NCBI GenBank assembly: GCA_964563105.1
Contig: CAZLXM010000002.1
Location: 41,716 to 105,715, forward strand
Direction: 5' to 3'
DNA from: an uncultured Bacteroidaceae bacterium
GTDB lineage: Bacteria > Bacteroidota > Bacteroidia > Bacteroidales > GCA-2748055
DNA length: 64,000 nt
Shown: piece by piece, positions 57,646 to 64,000 of the stretch
Numbering within the stretch: position 1 is the first letter of the stretch
How the letters are laid out: each line of letters begins with the position of its first letter
Notes under the pieces: generated by a model
Database searches by the model: none
The model's input: the letters and a program-made list of their open reading frames with translations, nothing else
What the model was told of the DNA's origin: nothing
Translations under genes and position numbers: made by a program

Positions 57646-58724
57646 TAAAGTAGGTTAAATGAATTATAAATACTTTTTATTTTTTTTAAATGTTGTTGAA
57701 AAGAGAAACGATTATTAAATTCTTCAGCTACAATTGGAACTAATGTTTTTAAATGATCAAGATTTTTTAATTTATTAATGACATTTTTTTCTAAATTTTG
57801 ATCCAGATTTACCAAAAAATCGGGATAATTTCGAAAAATTTCTTTCATGCTTGGTATTGCTGAAGTTATTACTGGTGTTCCATTTAAAATACTTTCTACT
57901 ACAACATTGCCAAAAGATTCATATTTCGAAAGAAACAATAAAACATCTGAGTTATTATACACATTTTCAATTTTTTTCCTGAATCCTTTCACTTTAATAA
58001 ATTGTTCAGCTTTAAGTTCTTTAATCCGTTTTGTTAATTCCTCTTTTATGTGACCATAACCAAATAACTCAAAAACCGTTTCAGGGATTTCATTATGTAT
58101 GTTAAAAGCCAAATCAATCCATAAAAAAAGATTCTTCCCTTCAGTAAATCTACCTACATAGATAATTTTGATCAGATTATTTATATTTTTTTTAACTGGA
58201 GGAACATTATTTATAAAGCTAATCGGATTATATAGTATCTGAATCTTTAAATTTGCTTTAATTTTTTTATTAAAAATATCCTTACTATATTCTGAATTTG
58301 AGATTAAAATTATTTTTTTATTAAGAGAAATTTTCCATATTAATTTTCTAAATATTTTCTCAAATATATTCTTCCAGTACACAGTTCCCCTGATACTATA
58401 TACAATTTTATTAACACCAGCTAATCTAACAACAAACAAATAAAATGGGCCAGTATTAAAAAGATGAAAAATATCATTTTTATTCCTGCGAGCATAGCTC
58501 CAAAGTCTTATTAAAGAAAGAAAATTATTTTTAGAGCCTGTTTCTCTTATAACTTCAAATTTTTCATACACATCAAATAGCCCAGTCACAGGTGGACGTA
58601 TAGTGAAAACTTTAAAATTTATTTCCGACTGAAATTTAATTATATTTGATAACGTTAATTCTATTCCACCAGGTGAAGAATAAAAATGAACGATATGTAT
58701 AATAACACCTTTGTGATTATTCAT
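57645..58724 (-). CDS. Glycosyltransferase, GT4-like (GT-B)
   Basis: 359 aa. 'YVGRFTEGKN' and 'SKYESFGNVVVESILNGTPVITS' (E-x7-E). 1-nt overlaps with both neighbours. Confidence 0.75.
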   Translation of the reverse strand: MNNHKGVIIHIVHFYSSPGGIELTLSNIIKFQSEINFKVFTIRPPVTGLFDVYEKFEVIRETGSKNNFLSLIRLWSYARRNKNDIFHLFNTGPFYLFVVRLAGVNKIVYSIRGTVYWKNIFEKIFRKLIWKISLNKKIILISNSEYSKDIFNKKIKANLKIQILYNPISFINNVPPVKKNINNLIKIIYVGRFTEGKNLFLWIDLAFNIHNEIPETVFELFGYGHIKEELTKRIKELKAEQFIKVKGFRKKIENVYNNSDVLLFLSKYESFGNVVVESILNGTPVITSAIPSMKEIFRNYPDFLVNLDQNLEKNVINKLKNLDHLKTLVPIVAEEFNNRFSFQQHLKKIKSIYNSFNLL

Positions 58725-59785
58725 TAAACATTTAATTTTTCTTTTATCCTGTAGGCATTTTTTTCTGGACTATATTTCTCCAAAAAATAAGATCTCATTA
58801 TTTCAATTGTCTTTAACCGTTCATTTTCATGAGTAAGCCAATATTTTGCAACTTTTTCAGCTTCATTGTAATTATCAATAAGGGGTAAAGTAATATCAAG
58901 TCCCGCAAATATTTTCTTATCTACATCATTTCTATATTCAATAAGTGGAAGCGTGCCTGCAGAAAGAGCCTCAACTAAACGTAGATGAATACCATTAAAT
59001 ATAGTAGGATTACTATTTATAGGAATAATTTTTGATTTATTAAACATTTTGTTTAATTTTTTTGTAGGAATATATGTAGTTTTCTGAAATTTATTTTTAA
59101 GTTTAGGAAAAAAATCAAACCATCTTTTCCATGCATCATTGCCATAAATCTTTAAATTAAAATTTACAAAATTATTCATCAATTTTGCTTTTTTATAACC
59201 CCATGAATTTTTATATGAAGAGCCAACATATAAGATGTCAGTTTCCTTTTCATCATTTAATGATGGCTCGCTTACCTTAAAATATGCATTTAAATTCATG
59301 CCTGGAATAAAAAACATTGTTTTCTTCAATCCAATAGTGTTTAATTGTGACAACCAAAAAGAATCAGATGAAAGTATTAAATCAGCATATTCCAGGCATG
59401 GGAGATAATAATTATTTGTATGGGTAAAAAACGGACTATCCCCCATAAAAAAAATCAGTTTTGCTTTTTTCTTAATTTCTATACATGTATTAGGTAAAAG
59501 GAATTCACTATTATAAATAAGAATAAGATCCGGTTTGTACTTAAAAACTTCATTAATAATATTTTTATTTATTTTCGTTAGGAAATAATTTTCCCAATAA
59601 CTTCGGATTTTATAAGGGAATCTGTATATTTGAGTATGTAAATTTTGATCAATCACTTTAATCGTCTCTCTGACATCAAATCCTTTTGTTTCGTCTGCTA
59701 AATTTTTTAAAATATCAAGTAAAGAATTAAATAATGAATATTTTCTTATCCCTAATAGTAACGCTTTTTGATAGGATTTAGTCAT
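58724..59785 (-). CDS. Glycosyltransferase, CgeB/DUF3880-like
   Basis: The C-terminus 'LRLVEALSAGTLPLIEY' resembles the Glyco_trans_1_2 / CgeB family. The start is set at MTKSYQKALLLG (59785), an 8-nt ATGACTAA overlap with the upstream stop. The track ORF extends to 59824. Confidence 0.55.
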   Translation of the reverse strand: MTKSYQKALLLGIRKYSLFNSLLDILKNLADETKGFDVRETIKVIDQNLHTQIYRFPYKIRSYWENYFLTKINKNIINEVFKYKPDLILIYNSEFLLPNTCIEIKKKAKLIFFMGDSPFFTHTNNYYLPCLEYADLILSSDSFWLSQLNTIGLKKTMFFIPGMNLNAYFKVSEPSLNDEKETDILYVGSSYKNSWGYKKAKLMNNFVNFNLKIYGNDAWKRWFDFFPKLKNKFQKTTYIPTKKLNKMFNKSKIIPINSNPTIFNGIHLRLVEALSAGTLPLIEYRNDVDKKIFAGLDITLPLIDNYNEAEKVAKYWLTHENERLKTIEIMRSYFLEKYSPEKNAYRIKEKLNV

Positions 59786-61175
59786 ATCCTTGTAAATTGG
59801 AATTACTATAAATAAATGCACCAAAACTAAAAAAAATAACTTGTGGAATAATTTTAACAGGTGAAGTAATAAAACTAAATTGCTGACTACTAGTTGAATG
59901 AATAATAAACCAACCTAAAAGAAAAATAGCAAATAATGGTAAAGATTTAGTAAAAAGATCAAATTCCTTATAATTCCAATATTTCAACAGTAGTTTAAAT
60001 GAAAAATAAAATAGGAAACCAGTTAGCAAAACAAAACCAATAGCTCCAGAAAACATTAAAAGGTTTTGATTACCAACATGAGTATCATTAAATTTCCTAA
60101 AAGTATCAGATATCCCCCAACCAAAAAACGGACTTTCAAAAAATTTTTTCATTACCTCTGGCCCACGATAACTTAATCTTGAAAGTGTTCCTTCTGCCGT
60201 AATATCACCTTCAGCAATAGATTGAAGAGTTTGAAGTCTTTCTGATGCAAAATCTACTTGCTTCTTTAACTTTTCATTACTTAAAGCGAAAACTATAATA
60301 ATAAGGATTGCGAAAAATTCAGAAATCTTTTTTGGTCGAATACCAGGTACAAAAAGAAATGAAAATAGTGTTATAAAACTAAAACTAATAATCCAGCCTC
60401 GAGTAGCAGACATGTACACCATACCATATGCTACTATAATTAAAAAATATAAATATATTTTGTTATAATGAATATTTTTATCTTGTGTCATAAAAAACAA
60501 GGCTCCAAAAAGTCCCATAAGAGTTATACCTGCATTATGAAACCCTCTGAATATCTCAATTTCAGAAAATTGTTCTTTTGAAAGCTCAGTAATTTGAATA
60601 ATCGGTACTCCTGTCAATATAACAAAGATTCGGGTAATAAAGGCTCCAATCAAGACAATAAAAATAAATGTAAAGAACCTTTTATAATGTTCTAATGTAG
60701 AAAATAGTTTTGGAATTGAATAAAAAAGTGCGAATGGCATAGTAAGCTTTAATATTCTGAAATAATCTCTAGATTCACCCTTAAAATCTATTATCTGACC
60801 CCAAATGATCAGAAATATAATATATAAAGATAGAATTATAATATACTTTCTATAAAAAATATAAGGTTGATATTTATTTTTAAATGCTTTGAATAAGGAT
60901 AATAAAATATAAACTTGAACTAATTCTATCGATGGCATGCCTGGTATAACTGTGATTGTAACAGTATAAACCCCAAATAAACCAAAAAAACCATCAACTG
61001 TTACAAAAAAAAATACTAACCAAAAAGCTTCGTCCTTAGAACGATAATACATTACTAAGGTCATTAGATACCATAAAATAGCTATAATTTTAGGGACCTT
61101 ATAAGTAACTATTATAGTAATAGTTATTAATAATAGAAACTTTAGAGTATTTTCTGGTAAATACTTTTTTTTCAC
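59778..61175 (-). CDS. O-antigen ligase/polymerase-like (Wzy_C-type) polytopic membrane protein
   Basis: 465 aa with ~10-12 TM segments and a large loop. 'THVGNQNLLMFSGAIGFVLL' resembles the H-N-x-x-L...G..G motif of the Wzy_C family. Confidence 0.65.
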   Translation of the reverse strand: MKKKYLPENTLKFLLLITITIIVTYKVPKIIAILWYLMTLVMYYRSKDEAFWLVFFFVTVDGFFGLFGVYTVTITVIPGMPSIELVQVYILLSLFKAFKNKYQPYIFYRKYIIILSLYIIFLIIWGQIIDFKGESRDYFRILKLTMPFALFYSIPKLFSTLEHYKRFFTFIFIVLIGAFITRIFVILTGVPIIQITELSKEQFSEIEIFRGFHNAGITLMGLFGALFFMTQDKNIHYNKIYLYFLIIVAYGMVYMSATRGWIISFSFITLFSFLFVPGIRPKKISEFFAILIIIVFALSNEKLKKQVDFASERLQTLQSIAEGDITAEGTLSRLSYRGPEVMKKFFESPFFGWGISDTFRKFNDTHVGNQNLLMFSGAIGFVLLTGFLFYFSFKLLLKYWNYKEFDLFTKSLPLFAIFLLGWFIIHSTSSQQFSFITSPVKIIPQVIFFSFGAFIYSNSNLQGYD

Positions 61176-61268
61176 AAAATTTTAGCTCTTTTTAAAATTT
61201 ATTTTATAAAAAGAAAATGATTAGTTTAGTATAATAAAGATGGTATTAAAAAATTACAAAATACTATA

Positions 61269-62468
61269 TCAATATCTATTAATCCATTTTTTGACATCAA
61301 GTAATGTAGTAACACTTTTTCCAATTTTATATGATTTTGATCTTTTTATTTTCGTAATTCCATCTTCATAACCTTTAAAATAGGTTCCACCAAAACATTT
61401 TTCGCGTATTTGTAATAAGTTAGAATAAGGAGATTTCGAATAATAAGTTGTTGGCACAAGAAAAAGACCTGTCCCATAGTTCTTGTACAATAGATTATTT
61501 AATAAAGGTTGCATAGAAATATCAAAACTCATAATATAATTCTTTGATGGGTAGGTTGTTAAAACATATTCTGAATTTATAAGATGTTGTTGCTTTGTTA
61601 AATATGTATCAATTAATACAGTTTTTTCAAAAAGAAAACCAAAATTTTTTAAACAGTCAGGTAATAATTCAAAATAAGCATCATATTTGTTAAAACTTTT
61701 AAAAAATGGTACCAATTTTAATTCATTATTTAAAGTACTACATAAAGGCACTTGCCATAATTGAACAGGAAAACTGGTATGAGTACCTGGATCTCCAAAA
61801 TTAGTTGTATGGGAATTATGTGGATAAACAAAAAACAAATCCTTTTCAACCATATATTTATAAAATATTTTTTTCCAACTAGTCTCAGGCCAATTAATTA
61901 CATTTAGTGGTAACTGGTCTTTATAAGATAATTCAGGATTATTTGCATAATAATCTATAAATGAACTCCATTGATGCTTTGTCCAAATCTGTCCTAAAGA
62001 ACTTGGAATTTGCATAAAATAAATATCATGCCCATCAAATAATGGATTAAACGGCATTGAGGCATTTTCATTAAAACTATATGAATAAAGAGAAAGCCCA
62101 GCAATTTTAGGATCTGATTTGTAAAAATCAATTACCTTTAAAGAATATTTATAAAAATCTTTACTTACAAAACAGTCATCCTCGAGAATTATCACGCCAT
62201 CATTTTCTAATGCAATATTCCCACATTGAATAATATGTTTTCGTAACCCTAACCTTTTAGTTTGTTGAATTATTTCTTTATTCCCATAAGGCCATTCAAA
62301 ATTTTTCGCAATAGAATAACATTTTTTTAATTTTGTGTAATCAATACTAATTATTAAATCAATTTGACGACCATTTGGATATTGAGCAATAATCAAAGAT
62401 TTAAGTAATCTTTCTAGAGATTTTGGACGTTCAAAAGCACACACCACTATTGGAAGTTTCATTTCCAT
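61269..62468 (-). CDS. GT-A glycosyltransferase with EDD motif (GNT-I/GT13-like)
   Basis: 'LPIVVCAFERPKSLERLLKSL' and 'VIILEDDCFVSKDFYKYSLKVIDFYKSDPKIAGLSLYSY' parallel the GnT-I EDD region as I recall it. 399 aa. Confidence 0.55.
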   Translation of the reverse strand: MEMKLPIVVCAFERPKSLERLLKSLIIAQYPNGRQIDLIISIDYTKLKKCYSIAKNFEWPYGNKEIIQQTKRLGLRKHIIQCGNIALENDGVIILEDDCFVSKDFYKYSLKVIDFYKSDPKIAGLSLYSYSFNENASMPFNPLFDGHDIYFMQIPSSLGQIWTKHQWSSFIDYYANNPELSYKDQLPLNVINWPETSWKKIFYKYMVEKDLFFVYPHNSHTTNFGDPGTHTSFPVQLWQVPLCSTLNNELKLVPFFKSFNKYDAYFELLPDCLKNFGFLFEKTVLIDTYLTKQQHLINSEYVLTTYPSKNYIMSFDISMQPLLNNLLYKNYGTGLFLVPTTYYSKSPYSNLLQIREKCFGGTYFKGYEDGITKIKRSKSYKIGKSVTTLLDVKKWINRY

Positions 62469-62487
62469 CAGAATAATATTATTAAGA

Positions 62488-63222
62488 TTATAACTTGGTT
62501 AGAAATTTATGATTAGTTGAACAATATAAAATAAACTCCTTTTCACCTTTATAAATTACAGATTCAAATTGTAATTTTGCATTTTTCATTATCTTTTCCA
62601 ATTCAATAGTAGTATCTTTTTCTCCTACTCTATTAAAATCATCAATAATAATACAAAAGTTATCTTTTTTTATTTTGTCTGGTACAATTTCTAAAATTTG
62701 TGACCTTGAATATCTTTCTGAACCGTATGGCGCGTCTACAAGAACTAAATCAAATATCTCATTTTTAAGTATCTCTTGGACTTTATTTATACTTAAAGTA
62801 TCATAACCCTTATAATTTACAATAACATTATTTACGATTTTAATAGATAAATTTTCTGGAATATTGTTTTTTGAAATGAAATGCAAAGCCCACTCAGGAT
62901 CATGCTCTAAAGTAGTAATTTTAACTGAGCTAAATTTTTCCGCATATTGTTTAAACATTCTCGTTGATTGACCTAATCCAAACTCAAGGATATTCTTTGG
63001 TTTTAATTCATCAAGTATTTTATATAATACAAATAAAAGTGGATATCCAACAGCCCATCTCCCAGGAGTAAAGCTTTTATCGATCAGCCAATTACTACCA
63101 TCAATTGAATTTTTAAAAATATCTGCCCAAATTAGTTCTTTTAGTAAATTGTTATTCTCAGTGAGTTTATTTAATACTTTTCGAATTCCAAAAAATTTTT
63201 GAAATAGTTTATTAACAATCAT
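62488..63222 (-). CDS. Class I SAM-dependent methyltransferase
   Basis: Motif I 'ILEFGLGQST' and 'FDLVLVDAPYG' (like the FD..fiDadK of O-MTase family 3). 244 aa. ATGA 4-nt overlap with the ABC ATPase gene. Confidence 0.6.
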   Translation of the reverse strand: MIVNKLFQKFFGIRKVLNKLTENNNLLKELIWADIFKNSIDGSNWLIDKSFTPGRWAVGYPLLFVLYKILDELKPKNILEFGLGQSTRMFKQYAEKFSSVKITTLEHDPEWALHFISKNNIPENLSIKIVNNVIVNYKGYDTLSINKVQEILKNEIFDLVLVDAPYGSERYSRSQILEIVPDKIKKDNFCIIIDDFNRVGEKDTTIELEKIMKNAKLQFESVIYKGEKEFILYCSTNHKFLTKL

Positions 63223-64000
63223 TGTTTTTCTAAATTTAGTTCAACATTTCTATAACAATTATTTCCCCAATAAAACGGCCATTTTACAATAGGAATCTTT
63301 GTTTTATAATCATCATAAAGTACTTCAAATAAAACTGTTTTATAAACTAAATCAAAATCTGTAATAGCTGTCGTATGGTCACCCGTTCCTACATTAAAAT
63401 CAAAATAGTATTGCCCTTTGGCTAAATTGTGATCCTTAAATTTTAAATTTACGATTATAATATCAGAATCCAATGGTATGTTAAAGTTTGGAGAAAAAAA
63501 AAGTCCTACCCTTGCTCCTGTAATAGAATTTAGCATACCAATAATCCTAGCCTCTTTTTTACTTTTATTATTTACTTTTAAAGTAAAATTTATTAAAATT
63601 GGCTCATTTGTTGATATTCCGTTTTCATTTAATAATTCAATCTCCATAAATTCAATGTCTTTAGCACAATAGCTTATTCTATGTTTATCTGTTATTATTA
63701 TTTTTTTTCGAAGTTCACTTTTAGACTCTTTTAAATAAACATTAATTGTTTCATTTATTTCACCTGAGTAGTTAATCCAGCCATTTATTAGTAAAACTCC
63801 TTTTCTACATAATCCACGTAGAGCTCCCATATTATGACTTACAAATAAAACTGTTCTTCCATTCTTACTGCTGATATCTTGAATTTTCCCAACAGCCTTT
63901 TTTTGAAATTCAGCGTCTCCTACGGCTAATACTTCATCAATAACCAGAATTTCGGGTTCAACATGTGCCGCTACAGAAAAGGCCAAACGAACAGTCATAC
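63219..64000 (-). CDS. wzt: Polysaccharide-export ABC transporter ATP-binding protein (Wzt/TagH-type) with extra C-terminal domain; 5' end outside window
   Basis: The visible part starts within the NBD ('RLAFSVAAHVEPEILVIDEVLAVGD' Walker B/D-loop, 'VSHNM' H-loop). A further ~160-aa strand-rich domain follows the NBD. The ORF is open to the window edge. Confidence 0.8.
   Translation of the reverse strand, partial: MTVRLAFSVAAHVEPEILVIDEVLAVGDAEFQKKAVGKIQDISSKNGRTVLFVSHNMGALRGLCRKGVLLINGWINYSGEINETINVYLKESKSELRKKIIITDKHRISYCAKDIEFMEIELLNENGISTNEPILINFTLKVNNKSKKEARIIGMLNSITGARVGLFFSPNFNIPLDSDIIIVNLKFKDHNLAKGQYYFDFNVGTGDHTTAITDFDLVYKTVLFEVLYDDYKTKIPIVKWPFYWGNNCYRNVELNLEKQ

Noticed and set aside
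61005-61013. A9/T9 homopolymer tracts inside coding regions (Wzy_C-like gene 61005-61013, wzt 63494-63502, trpS 18701-18709) as possible slipped-strand phase-variation switches
   Set aside because: The tracts encode conserved-looking FFF or FF segments in hydrophobic helices. One is in the essential trpS gene. Tracts of this length are expected in DNA this AT-rich, and there is no evidence of length variation.
1-64000. Scan for rRNA, tRNA, CRISPR arrays, transposases, integrases and prophage genes
   Set aside because: No intergenic segment has the GC-rich ~75-nt cloverleaf look of a tRNA. There are no regularly spaced direct repeats. No ORF shows DDE, tyrosine- or serine-recombinase or phage structural motifs. 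This was an inspection by eye only, so small ncRNAs cannot be excluded.

Overview
AT-rich Bacteroidota chromosomal segment. The phylum call rests on a porP-gldK-gldL-gldM-gldN type IX secretion (T9SS)/gliding core, a SprB-repeat adhesin with a type-B T9SS C-terminal domain plus its SprF partner, and several TAnnTTTG promoter boxes. Positions 1-42 kb are mainly housekeeping: manC-like, MlaEF-like ABC, ung, trpS, rbfA, LolE-like permease, lspA, dksA-like, ileS, ribE, cysS, rnr, a histidine kinase, and an Rrf2 + Fe-S protein pair. A three-gene envelope cluster of unknown function sits at 9.7-15.5 kb. From about 42 kb to the right edge lies a long, tightly coupled minus-strand surface-polysaccharide locus that continues past 64000. 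It begins at a truncated GDP-fucose-synthase remnant. It encodes a Wzt-type ABC ATPase with an extra C-terminal domain, methyltransferase, GT-A/GT4/CgeB-like glycosyltransferases, and a Wzy_C/ligase-like membrane protein. It also carries two deacetylases, two asparagine-synthase-family enzymes, an ATP-grasp ligase, a FemAB-like transferase, DUF354, an atypical phosphoglycosyl transferase and a Wzi-like barrel. A self-contained two-gene cassette (68-aa acidic protein + SDH/SppA-type Clp-fold serine protease) sits inside this locus with its own canonical promoter and flanking 16-nt direct repeats. This cassette, the amide-forming enzyme block and the 9.7-15.5 kb cluster are the best candidates for undescribed biology. 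I recognised no rRNA, tRNA, CRISPR array, transposase or integrase. All family assignments come from motif recognition by eye and no searches were run.
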